Source of the DNA: Oikopleura dioica
Lineage: Eukaryota; Animalia; Chordata
Direction of reading: 5' to 3'
Assembly: GCA_907165135.1 (NCBI GenBank)
Contig: OU015567.1
Span: 744,001-808,000, forward strand
Length of the DNA: 64,000 nucleotides
Within the stretch, counting starts at the first letter, position 1, and every line of letters starts with the position of its first letter. This document shows, one piece after another, positions 47,201-58,899 of this stretch. The notes under the pieces were generated by a model. That model did no database searches. It was not told where the DNA came from and worked only from the letters and a program-made list of their open reading frames with translations. Position numbers and translations under genes: made by a program.

Positions 47201-50200
47201 TTCCGCTGTCAAGATCTCTTGGATTCTCTTGTCGAAGCTGGTCGACGAATTCCAAGATTTTCTTCAAGTCCCAAGCGCGGAGGCTGCTTTTGTTTTCCAC
47301 CACGGATTTGAGGAGGTCTTCAGCGGTTGTTTGAGCGACATTCGATCTGCTGATTCGAGCGGTTGTTTTTTGAACCCATGGAGAGAGGCATTGGCTCATG
47401 TCCGGCTCGGAAGTCCAATAAGGTTGGGAATTCGACCCTGAGCATCGGAGAATTGCCTTTCCGGGAGATTCGTAGCAAGAGGTTGCGCTTGAAGCGCCAT
47501 ATTCTGCCGCGGAAAATTGAAGGCCCCAAAAGGTCATTGGTGGACAGCTTTTCGGGGAGCGTGTTGTTCTTGGCGTTTTCTTCGTCGTAGTCGTTGTGGT
47601 GGTGGTTGTTGGTTTGAGAATGTCTCGCGGCTGGAAACGGAGCTGGTAGGTGATGGCGATTCCAGAGCTCCAGACTTGGAGAGAACGGACTTTTGGGTCA
47701 TATTTGACACTTGTTGTCTGCGCAGGAAAGCCTTGGAGTTCGAGCCGACTCACGATCGACTCATCCACGTGGTTCCCGTTGACAGTATCGAACATAAAGA
47801 GCAGCCGATTCGTATCAGCCTCGATTGCGTACAAAATGCCACACGTCATCCAAGCCTCAGCAACCATCGTCTTTTCGAAACGCGTGTTGAAGGTCTTCAA
47901 GACTTTGAGACTTGACGGATCGAGCTGAGAAAGGACGATTTGACCGTTGTTGTTTTCCGTTGCGTAGATGGCCCAGAGCCCGGATTCATCCACGGCGAGG
48001 TCGATGTCTGTGTTGCGATCGATGGAGTAAGGAGAGGTGTCGTAGTAGTTGGCATCGGGAAGCTCCACGGTCCGGGATTCAAAGCGCCGCTCCAGATCGT
48101 ACATGACGATCTAGAAGAAAAATTTGAGAATTGTTTGACTTTTCAGAAAAAAAATTCCCGTGACAAAAAATAAAATAAACAAGGTCCATCTTTATCGAAA
48201 AATTGTCTTGAGCTAATCTCAAAGTTTTGTTTAATCCGTGCCAAGAGGTGCTCCTGCCCGCGTCACATTCCGCGAACCATCCTCTCAAGTGCTCGCGGTT
48301 AGAGGGGGATAGCCTTGGTAAGAGGATAGCTGCACACGAGCTAAGGAGAGGGAAGATTACCAAACTTGTGCTGGATTATTTGGGAGGCGTAACCGGTTGA
48401 GATGTACTTGGAGGACCGCGGATGGTATTCATCCGTGAAGCGAACACTTGGAAAGATAATTGGGCGGAAAATTAGCGGTGGTGCTTTTTAAGTGCGATCA
48501 AGTTCCAAAATTGCGCCTCGCTCCTCATTCTCATTTTCCCGATTTTCTTCAAAGAAAAATGAGTCGATTAATAATTGACCAGATTCTGACCGGCTTCCTC
48601 AGAAGTTGTTTAGTACTTGTGAAAAATGACGGCCATCGGCGATCATAAATTGATCATCACCAATTTATGATTGCCAATCATTTTTCTGATTAATCATTTT
48701 CTTCCTCGCATAACAGGTTCTTTTCGCCGAAACTGCCCGAACAAGATAGGATATCAAGAACCACCAAATGGGTGATTGAGATATCCAGGCCGCAGCATAA
48801 GGCAGCATTGAGGAGTTATGTTTGGGAAACATAATTTTTATCAACGAAAAATATCACTTTGAGCGAGGCCTGTTTTGGCACTTGTCCCGGCAGTTGATGA
48901 TGTGGCTGCTCCGAGAAGCTATCTATCAAGGAGCTCTTCTTCTTGCTACTGGTTTTATAGGAGACTTGAAAATGGAAACAGAAAAGCCCGTGAAATTTTA
49001 AAATTTTCTTGAGAAGCGGCTTTTCGGTTTTAACGAGGTAGATTGGCAGGTATATGACTTGGACCGTGTCCTCCATAAAAAAAGTTTAAAGGGTACCGGA
49101 GACATATTTAGCTTGACTTTTATTGGGTGATGAAAGGATTGGTGATTGGATGGGGGACCTGCTTTGCTTGATTTAAGGGTGTCAACACGGGATGGTGTCT
49201 AGACCCGACAAAAAATTTCGACAAATTTTGCGTGGGCGGCTATTCGGCTGCTGATTGGCCGGTTTTCTGAATTCAGTTTTCTGATTGGTTGAAAATTTCC
49301 ACGCAAAATTTGTCGAAATTTTTTTCGGCTCCAGACGCCTCCCCATTAAGGGTGTCAACAGGGGTAGAAGCTTACCTGTCTTGATTGTCGCTTATTGTAG
49401 TAAAGCTTCCTATCTCTAACAACAAATCCAGTTCCATCCGCGCGCGTGTCCAGCCTAAAAAGATGGTCAACTCGGTAAAAGTGGAATTTTTTCTATTCTT
49501 GTTTTTGCGGAGAGGATTCAATCAAGACTTTTGCATGTATTGGTTGCATATTTTCTACCTGTAGTGGGTTTCTTGGCTGCCCTGAACGAGACTCTCCAAG
49601 CTGCGGAATTCTTTCAACTCGGTGGCTCCGGACTGATCCCACGGGAGGAAGTACACGCGGCTTTCGCTGTCCAAAGGATCGGTCGCCCAGGCTCCCTGAA
49701 GAAAATGAGTTATTCAACGACTTTTTAGTAGTTGCAAGTTCATGGTTGAAAAATTCCAGCGCTTTTTTAGGATTTGGGAAAATTGAAAATTGGGAAAGGC
49801 TTTTGATGCATATTTGAATATCCATGAATATTTGAAAATGATATATAAATAGAATATAGTATCGCTTTTTTGTTTCGGCTCAAAATAAGCCATATGTTCT
49901 GGCTCAGCGCCTAATCATCCGGATTTCCAATTTCGATACATGAGTTGAGAGTGTCGAAATTTAGTTCTACTTGATTCAATTTGCTATGTTCCAAAACTTC
50001 CAGCGCCAAAATTAGTCATCAAAAATGGTCTGAGAACGAATCTTTCAAATGATCTCGAAAATTAATCACCAGCTTCGCAATTTTAAAGTTGATCTTTCTC
50101 GGCCAGAGCCAAGAGGTTAATAGGTGCACTGGGTACTCGATAAAGAAAAACAGAGACGCACTTTGAAGTCTCAAGCCCTTTTTTCCTTATCAAAAGAAAA

Positions 50201-51482
50201 CAGGTCGCTGGGCAAGTTTTTTTTCTGATATTCTCAGCTTTTGGCAAACTGACTGCAATTTTGATTGCAATAATGAGCGCGAGAATGCGATTTGTTCTCT
50301 TTTTTTCAGTGCGCGAGGGGGGTTAATTGAATCCAGTTGTTAGTAACGTGGTTGCGGCGGGAACGTGGTCGCTCTAATTCGATTTGACCTTTTTTAGACC
50401 CGAGCGGTACTCAATTTGGCAATTTCCAATAGTTTTATCCTACCTCTTGTCTGTATTGAGTAAATTGTTCTCGGGGTGTCGAAGCAGCAAGAGCGACGCC
50501 GGGGCATTCGAAGTCGACGGCTTCGCAGTCGTACTCGACGGTCAGGTAGCCAGTGCCGTCGTCACAAGGGTCGGTGCCAAAAGTGGATGGGTCGACTGCC
50601 AGGGAGCATTGGGGCTTTCCATTACAAGCGGTCGAGACAGCTGAAAAAATTGAGATAATTAGGGGCATCCATCATTGTGATCTTAGCGTCTTTGACGGGA
50701 TGAAAAAAGCTCGAATCTGATTGGCCAATGCTTTTTTTTTGCGCATTTTGATTGGTTTATTCAATTTGTAAAGGTTTCGAATTGCTTTTTTTATCGAAAA
50801 AAACTGAGATACACCCTTAACCGAAAAAAAAGATGGCTCGAAAAAAGGTGGAATTTGATTGGTCAATGCATCCTTTTTGGGATTTTGATTGCTTCGTTCA
50901 ATTTTCAAGGATTTGAACTGCTCTTATTCTTGTAAAAAGAGCTGAGATACACCCTTAATCTTAAAATAGAAAGAAGTTAAAACTGTTCTTTAAAAAATAA
51001 ACATCATATTTTTTTGAAAAAAATCGAGTTGATGGTATCAGCTCCGGAAATTTATTGATTGAAATTCCGGAAGAACAGCTCAAAATATTTCTATTCTTGT
51101 TTCTCCTTTTTGCGTGTAATCCGTTTACGCACAAAATGTACCTTGTTTGGTATGGACGACAGGAAGTGAACATTTCTTGTTTGGCGCAAGTTCCGTTTTG
51201 GCGCTTTGGCAGACGTCGGACTAGAATAACAATTTTTGAACACGAGTAAACAAACAATAATCGCTGGAAAATGTTCTTGACAGATTTGGGCAGATACAGA
51301 CAGGCCTGTAACTGACGAAAAATGCTTACCTCGAATCTGCCAAACATGGCCTTGATGATATTGATTTCGGTGCCGCTGGGGCAGACCAGATCCAGCGTCT
51401 GCCCCGGACATCCCGTCCGCGAGCGCGCAGAAGCCAGCGCCGGCAGAAGGATCAATGCTGAACAAATATCGTTAACATACAT
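41267..51482 (-). CDS. ADGRL: Latrophilin (adhesion GPCR L): SUEL/rhamnose-binding lectin, olfactomedin, Thr-rich linker, HormR, GAIN/GPS, 7TM
   Basis: Exons encode GCPGQTLDLVCP...FGR, CNGKPQC...DPC...YLTVEYDC, GAWATDP...YFLPW, ADGTGFVV...YYNK, DTSPY...DIDLAVDESGLWAIYATE, CPP...W..EPDMSQC, TM3 HTMCLMSFCW, TM5 WSAAGP and TM7 FIYHCL. Splice phases checked; true start codon uncertain. Confidence 0.93.
42440..42549. mobile_element. TGACTCA-family MITE copy in a latrophilin intron
   Basis: AACCTGTGTAGAAAACCTGAGTCAGGG...CCCTAACTCAGGTTTTCTACACAGG. Confidence 0.75.
43998..44035. mobile_element. Solo arm of the TGACTCA-family MITE
   Basis: GACCCTGACTCAGGTTTTCTACACAGGTTTTCGAGCCA. Confidence 0.6.
49189..49344. 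mobile_element. CCAAT-MITE family copy flanked by a 15-bp direct repeat
   Basis: High similarity to 11025-11181; TTAAGGGTGTCAACA at 49173-49187 and 49346-49360. Confidence 0.8.
50714..50960. repeat. Degenerate tandem duplication, period about 135 bp, intronic
   Basis: Two units each with GAAT(C/T)TGATTGG(C/T)CAATGC...TTTTGATTG...TTCAATTT...CTGAGATACACCCTTAA. Confidence 0.7.
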
Positions 51483-52427
51483 TTTTAAGTTCTGTTCTCT
51501 TCAGAATTCGTTTCTTCTGTTGGCGACAGAAGGAAGAATTCCGAGAGTCAGTTTTTTTTATCTAAAAAGCTGATTTTGAATGCAAAAATTAGGTCTTTTC
51601 AAAAAATAAATCTAATAATATATTGAGCCCAATCATAATTAAGATTTTCTCAAAAAAATAGAATCTCGAATTCCGATTGGTCATCATTTAGTTTTCGGGT
51701 TTTTCATTGGTTAATCGAATATTTATCGAAGTATACAATTTATAAAGCAAATTAAATAATTTCTTAAAAAATAAATTTTTGAAATCCTTAAAATTTTTTA
51801 AACGGTATCTTCTTTATTATTATTTCGCATCATCAAATCTGCTTCGCGCATAAAATATTTACAAATTGACAACTTTCGCGCTCAATTAACTTTACTAAGC
51901 GCAACATGCGGATTTATATTAATAAAGCGCATCTAAATCCGCCTTCTCAATTGTGCCATAATCCCATGTTCTTTTTGAGTGTGCCCAAGTGAGTAAAACC
52001 AGCTTAGTTTTTCGCGCTTCTTTGTTCGAAAAAAATGAAGAAATCTGAATTGTTGGCTTTGCTATTCATGCGTGTATCGCTCCTTCTTTTTGACATGCCC
52101 TCAGGCGCGTGTGTTAAAATAAGGACACGGAAAGTACAAAAGAAACTCAGAAGAGTGAAACATGCCGCTGAAATTGGATCTGAAGTGTCAGAGCACTTGA
52201 AAAGCAACTCAAAATAGAACATAGAAAATAACATGCATGAGAATATAAATAACTAAATTTCGCTCAGAACTGAACTATCCGTACGTGGACGCAATTTTTT
52301 GAACAGGGAGGAGAGCCAGTTTATTTGAATAGTTTGAATAATTATTTATGCTACAGGAAAATTTAATCATTTGTATATTTTGAGTGAACATTATTTTAAA
52401 GATAGAGAGCATTTTCGAGCCGAAAGA

Positions 52428-52680
52428 ACATTTTCATGAAAACTCATTTTCTTCTCGAAAAACCTCAATTTTCTATCCGAAAAAGAAACTTTCATGAAGC
52501 CTCATTTTCGACTCGAAAAGCGTCCGTTTTTTCGCGCGCGAAAATGTCGATTTTCTTTCCGCTATTATGCAATATTTATCCGGCTTAGTTCAGTTTAACC
52601 AGCTAATTCTTCCGACGAAAATCAATTCAAACTTCTCGCGCGCGAATTTTGCGTCGAAAATGAGTTTTCATGAAAAAAAT
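52428..52680. repeat. Inverted-repeat (MITE-like) segment
   Basis: TTTTCATGAAAACTCATTTTC and its reverse complement GAAAATGAGTTTTCATGAAAA, with internal CGCGCGCG repeats. Confidence 0.5.
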
Positions 52681-54169
52681 TTTTTTACGATTTGCTCAAA
52701 ACATTGGCAAACTTTCTCAGGTACCCAAAAAAGAGGGGAGAAAGCGATTCTATTTGTGAAAGATAAATTTTGACAGCGGGTTGAATAAATTGACATTTTA
52801 ACATCTTGGGAAAGACGACTGTTCCTGCCCCGCGCGAAATGACAGGCGATAAATCGGCAAAAGAATAAATTACCGGACGGACGAACCGATTGACAGTTCA
52901 AAATTCGGCCGGCTAAATTTGGAACTTCTCGATTTAGATGAATCTTAATTAGCTGACTAGAATTTGAATAAATTTTTCATCGAAAAAACCACCTTCAAAA
53001 TCAACCTAGAAAATTTCGTTCTGAGGAAAAAATTCTATAAGCTGCGAAAACCGCGAAAAAGGGCGGGTACAGAGATTCGGCCTCGCGATAATAGAATATC
53101 TTAATTCTTCGTCTTGTTCTTTCTATCGATCATTTATTTCTCGTGGCCCGCGGCTCACCCGTGGAAATGATAATTGATCCAACTCTTTTGGCTCAATTCG
53201 AAGAAAAAATCGAAAATGAAACTTTCCCATAATTATCCATCGAAAGTTGCATAATCTTTTTCTCCATCAGTAGCGAAAGTCGATAAAATCTGCAAATATT
53301 TGGGGGCATAAAGCAACGAAAACAATCAAAAAAAGACTTTAATAAAAAAAACATGAAAATTTTACAGAAAACTTCAAAAATTCGAGCTAAAATAAGAAAA
53401 TTTCAGAAATCATTTTATGAAAAATATTTAAAAGTTTTTCTGTTAGAATTCATTTTTGATAGGGAAACCCTTAATTTTCTTTTTTTTTTTCAGTAGAAAA
53501 AGTAATTTTTGACCAAATCGAAGCATTCAAAAATTAGATTTTTTTTTTAAAAATTTATTTTTTATTAAAATTTTAAGAAAAAAATCGTATTTTTTACCTG
53601 TCAGCATTTTTATCTGTCTTTTCGCTCTTCTATAATCTTTTCTTCATAAGTGTTAATTCTTCTTATTCTTCTGAGACTCTCTTTTTTCTTCTTTTGTAAT
53701 CTCTATTTCCGAGTTTTTATAAAAATATGAAAAAAATCAGTTGACGACACGGTCTATTTTTCGAAGCGATAAAAAGGTACGACCTAATAAAAAGCCAATC
53801 GCTAATCACTCAGTTGGCGTGTCTTTCAAAAAAAAATCTACAAAAATCGAGATCGGTACCGCGCCGCGAAAAAAACGCGCGATTTTTGGGAACTCCGCAG
53901 CGCCACCCCGCGCGCGCATCGGAGAACGCAGCGGTGAGCGCGCTAGGGAGCTGAAAATGGAACTGAAAGAGTGGAAGGTGCTGAGGAGCGAGGGGGACCT
54001 GCGTCTTGTGGGAGCGATTATCACGATTACGAAAAAGTGTTGTGATAAGGAGCGGATCAAGGGGATAAGGCGATGGACGAAATTTTACGGAATAAGGGGA
54101 TCAATCAGCTGGAAACGAAAATAATACAGAAAAAAGATTTTCATTATGAAATATAAAAAAAATATTTAA

Positions 54170-54513
54170 GGACCCCCCGTCAGATTTTCCCTACAAAAAA
54201 TGGAAATTTTTAAGAACACCATATTTTTGGTTCTTTATGCGTCCCAAGGTTAAAATTGCTTCAAAAACTGAATAAAAGGAATCTTTGACAAAGAAAAATC
54301 AATACTTTTGCCAAAATATGGGCAAATTCGTCAATTTTCGGCGAAAAGTCCAATTTTCAAATGCGATTTTTGGGGTTAAGGAGTCGAGATAGACCCCCGA
54401 AAAATGAAGCCTCAAAATCATTTTTGGATCAGTAGAATCCATTTCCGGGGTCAAAATTCTAAAATTCCGAAATTTGATTTTTCGAAAAAAGCTTGCGGGG
54501 AGGGGGGGGGTCC
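54170..54513. mobile_element. Second Kolobok-like TTAA element, longer variant
   Basis: TTAA|GGACCCCCCGTCA...GGGGGGGTCC|TTAA; internal sequence is the reverse complement of much of 20869-21095. Confidence 0.75.
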
Positions 54514-54574
54514 TTAACTTGTCATTTGGGTCCATTCTCCCTAATCAAAATAATTTAGATTCTTATTCCATAAT

Positions 54575-54683
54575 TAGGGTGTTGATATAAGATTTCTGAT
54601 TTTTTTCTAGCGATCCAATCGTCTTTTCCTTTTGGGGGTCCATATTTTGGATGGATGGTTGGATTGGTTATATCAACACCCTA
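54575..54683. mobile_element. 109-bp hAT-type MITE
   Basis: 16-bp perfect TIR TAGGGTGTTGATATAA; 8-bp TSD TCCATAAT at 54567-54574 and 54684-54691. Confidence 0.85.
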
Positions 54684-55179
54684 TCCATAATTGAGTTTCC
54701 CGGGACTCACATTAACTCCCTGTGAACTAATATGCATTCACAACTCCATTCTTGTTGGCTCTACAAAATTACCGTTTTCATGCCAAGTTTCTTGCAAAAC
54801 ACCATGTTCTTAGTTGTATTTTTTGTCTTTCCAAAAATATTAAATACTTGATACAAGCAGATTCGCTCGCTTTTTTCTTAAAAGTCTACGAGGGCTGCCT
54901 CCTTGGTTTTGAAGAAGAAGATCATCAAGTGTAAAAAATGGCCTGAAATTTGGAAAACGCGTGCCAGGTTCTGCACAATTGCGCACAATGGAAAGACATC
55001 ATCAATTATGCAACCAGTGGAAAAGAATTTTCCAAAACCTAAACAACGAATTTTCAACTCCAGCTGTGTCCTGATTTTCAAAGACAAAAAAGAAGAAAAT
55101 CGAATTGGAGTTCCAGCAGCGAAAATATAAATTCTTTCACAAAGCTAAAAACTCATTCAAGCTGTAAAAAGAAAGTACG

Positions 55180-55380
55180 TGGGCTCGGAAACCTGTGTAA
55201 AACCCTGAGCTTTTCTTTCCGATCCTGACTCAGGTTTCAACGCAGGATTCCAAGGGGACAAAAAATCCCGACAAATTTTGGGTGGAATTTTTCAACAAAT
55301 CAGAAGCCTGGATTCGGCAAACCGGCCAATCAGCAGCCAAGCAGCCGCCCACGCAAAATTTGTCGAGTTTTTTTTGGTCG
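55180..55380. mobile_element. Adjacent partial TGACTCA-MITE (55180-55248) and CCAAT-MITE (55257-55380)
   Basis: GGCTCGGAAACCTGTGT...CCTGACTCAGGTTTCAACGCAGG, then CGACAAATTTTG...CCGGCCAATCAGCAGCC...CACGCAAAATTTGTCG. Confidence 0.7.
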
Positions 55381-58300
55381 AAAATTGAACAAATTTGATT
55401 ACTTTTTCTTTCCGTTCAGATTCAATTCTCGGCCCAATCTATCAATCCGACATCCCTTTCCTTTTCAAATACCCCGAATTTCCCACCTCAACCCAAAAAG
55501 AACCGAAAACATATCAAAGCGCAATTTCGTTTCCCACCTTCCATATGTTGATCGATCAGGCGGCCATAAAACCGCGCCGCCATAATTACTTTCCACGCTC
55601 GATTTCAACCCTCTTTCAGCGCCCAAAAAGGCTAAGAACTCGTTCCGCTCTTTACTTCCGGCAAATTTGTCGGTATTTTTTTATTTACTGTTGCGTCACG
55701 CTGCGCTTTTCTCCGCTGACAAAACAGGGGGTGCCTCAAAAAATAAAAAGCTAGAGGGAAGCGCTTACGGTTAAGTTTTTTCGCCTTTGATCTGATTTTT
55801 GCGCCGATGAACTGGTGAAAGGTGGATGTATTGTTTTAGGTTTGAGGCCGGGTGTTTCTGTTTTGTTTGAAAATCGGCGAAAATGAAGGGGGTGGAGAGT
55901 AAGTAGCTCAAATGAGAAGCAGAGCGGAACACGCAAGATATGGTCCTTCTTTTTCTAGTGCTTTTTACTCGATATGTCCGGAGTCGAAAATCTGTTTACG
56001 ATGAACATTCATAACATTTTATGATATCTCATTTTTAAGAGGGAGGGTTAACAGGAGTCTTTGGAATAATGCTTCTATCTTATACTGGTAATATAATTTA
56101 ATCGACATTTATTTCTCAATTAAAATACAAAATAAGAAAATTAATATCAGAGTTTTGGTGTTTGCATTGATTTTTATGATATTTCTAGAGAAATAAGAAG
56201 GGCATTCGCAATTTTCAAAATTTCTACTTATCAGAAGTCTGTATCATCCTTTTCAAGCCTAATTGGCATACTATACTTATTCTGAACGGTCAAAGCCTCC
56301 TTTACAACTTGTAAAGTTTACAAGCTTATATAGACTATATAATATAGTCAGCTTTCTCCAGAAGTGGGGAGAAAAGAAGTTAGGAGCATCTATCCGAGAT
56401 TGGCCACTTTTTATGACCTTGAAAAGCCCAAAACCAGCAAGGGGCATGAGAAAAACCCCAAGGGTAAATAGTCAGAATGATAATGTCATTATTTTTCCTG
56501 ATTTATATGCTCTTAAATTTTAAGACTTAAAAGAGGTCATTTTTCATCGGGCAAACCATTTACTTGAAATAGAGTTTTTCAAAAAGTAATCAACTTTTGC
56601 ATCACGAAAAAATTCTTATTGTGATAGATAATCAAAGAATTATGGTGTTCAGAGAGAGAAAAATAATTGGCGCGTATCCTCCAATTTATCTGAAAACCAC
56701 TTAAATGAAACCAAAAAAATAACCTGAGAAAGTCCTTGCCTTCTTTTGTTTATTTCTTGCGATTAGAAATCAATCAGTCATTAGCATTATCTTCCCGTGT
56801 CCGATCTCCGTCATTCAATTTGGAAAAAAAAATCAAGGTTAATCCTCTGACTGTCATTCTTCTGCCAGTTCCGAAAATTTGGGCTAATCCAAAACTTTCT
56901 CGGTCAGCTGCAGCGGGAGCCACGTGCTCCCAAAAGCAGAAAAACTCGTGCGTTTGTGTATCACCAGACCAAGCCACAAATATTTTGAACTGCAATTTAA
57001 CGGCAGAATGTTCTTTTTGAAACATCTTTTTCTCAAAAACATGTCAAATGACTGTTACTTCTCGAAAAATGTAAGTTCATTTTTGACGTCTTTTTTTGAG
57101 AAAAATTTCTAAAGAATCCAAGAAAATTCGCAAAAAATATTCGTTTCTTTAAATCTGGCGCCAAAATAAGAAAAAATTTTCGCGGGAAATTTGAAAATCG
57201 ACTTTTTCGCGGCCATTTTTTTCATAAATTTTAATTATTTCGGCCGTCCAAATAATTTTTTTTTCAAAAATTGAAAATAATTTTTTGAAAATTAATAAAA
57301 AATAATTTTTTTAAAATTGACCCTAAATATCCGCCTTCGCGTGTAATTAGTAGCTGCTTGAGTAAACTCCAAAAAAAGGTGTTAAATGTTGCCTAACGGC
57401 CTTTTTACCGACCGCGGTGGCCGCGCTTGGAAGTGGCCGTCTTTATCTGATCCATTTCTGCGAAAAGAACACAGAGGCAAGCTAACAAGGTTATTCCCTG
57501 CGGGGGATTACTCTTATGGAAATTGTGGTCAAGCACTTTTCAAGGTGGAAATAGACTCTTTTCAGATTGATGTCATTTTTTTGATCTCTTTGAGTTTCAA
57601 AAAAGGGAAGGAATTCCAATTAACCCGTCTTCGTAGGTTAACCAAAATGCTGGCAAATAACAGGCTAAAATAATTGATGAAAAATAATATTGCCTGTATA
57701 TGATAAATAATAATTAAACAGTCTACTAGACAGATAGTTTGGTAGACGATTGATCATATAAGATCATCAGAAAAAGGACATTCCCCGTGAAAAAATTCCA
57801 GTACACTAAAAACTGCACAATAAAAAAATCCTTCTTTGTGCAAAATTTCCGGTCTGATGCGTTTAACCACTCGACCTCGCCCCGCTTCTGTATACTCAGA
57901 CGGGCGTCAAACTGTTATTTTAATTCGGCCCCTTTATGTCTCCAGCTCCAGGGAGGAAAAATAAATCCAGAAAAAATAATCTCTCCCTCTTCAAAGAAGC
58001 GGGTTTGTTATTTTTTTTCTTGAGCAGGTGATAATAAAAAATTATTCACGGAAAAGAAGTTCTTTCACCTTTTTTTCAAGCGATAAAGAAATTTGAAATT
58101 TCCAGTTTTTGAAATTCTAGTGCCCAAAAAAAGAAGCTCATTTACTTTCTTACGTCCCGAAAATCAATTGGCGAGGGGATTATGCGGCTCGGATGAAGTG
58201 TCACTATTTTGTTCCCATTGAACGAAAGTCGACATTGGGGCGAGGTGAATTTTTGAGTTTTGAATTTTGAAAACTTGCAATTTTTTTCTTTTCGGAATTT

Positions 58301-58804
58301 TTGAATCTGGAACTGACAGCCGATTTTTACGCGGCGGATGGAGCGTGACAGCGCTTCTGGATTAACCATAATCGTACTCGAATTGGAGATGGAGGATCAA
58401 AGGGTTGTTATCTTATTACAAGCTACTAAGTACAGTGCAAAAACGTGGTCTGTGATTCGATTTATAATTTTTTATCTACCAAGGTAGTTTTTTGACAGAT
58501 TTTAAAGGAAGAAATAATGAGCTGATAGGTTCCCTCCCATGGTATCAGTGCGCGTATTTTTGCGGATCCTAAAGGATCAGAAGTAAATCCGCCTCACCGG
58601 TGGTAGCGGATTGGTACGCTACCCCGCTGAGGTAACCCACCTCGCCACCGCTCTGGGAACCACTAAGCTCGTGATAGCTATTTGCCAAAGAAGGAAATTG
58701 TCAGAACTGAACGAGGCGACAATTTTACGCTTAAAATTTTTCATGGAAACTTTCAAGAAACAAATTGTTTTGCTGAAAAATTACCAATTCAAGAACATGC
58801 GCAA

Positions 58805-58899
58805 TCGAGAAGCCGCTCGCGGCTTCGAGCTCTGAAATGAAAAAGCCGCGCTTAGTGCGGCTCTTTTTTCGTTTCTCAAAGCCGCGAGCGGCTTCTCGA
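58805..58899. repeat. Nested-hairpin element; partial second copy at about 46376-46439
   Basis: 21-bp perfect inverted arms TCGAGAAGCCGCTCGCGGCTT, each itself palindromic, around a central AAGCCGCG...TGCGGCT hairpin. Confidence 0.7.

Noticed and set aside
48079-48363. Intronic ORF resembling an alternative signal-peptide exon
   Set aside because: Starts at TTG, not ATG, and has no clear in-frame donor.
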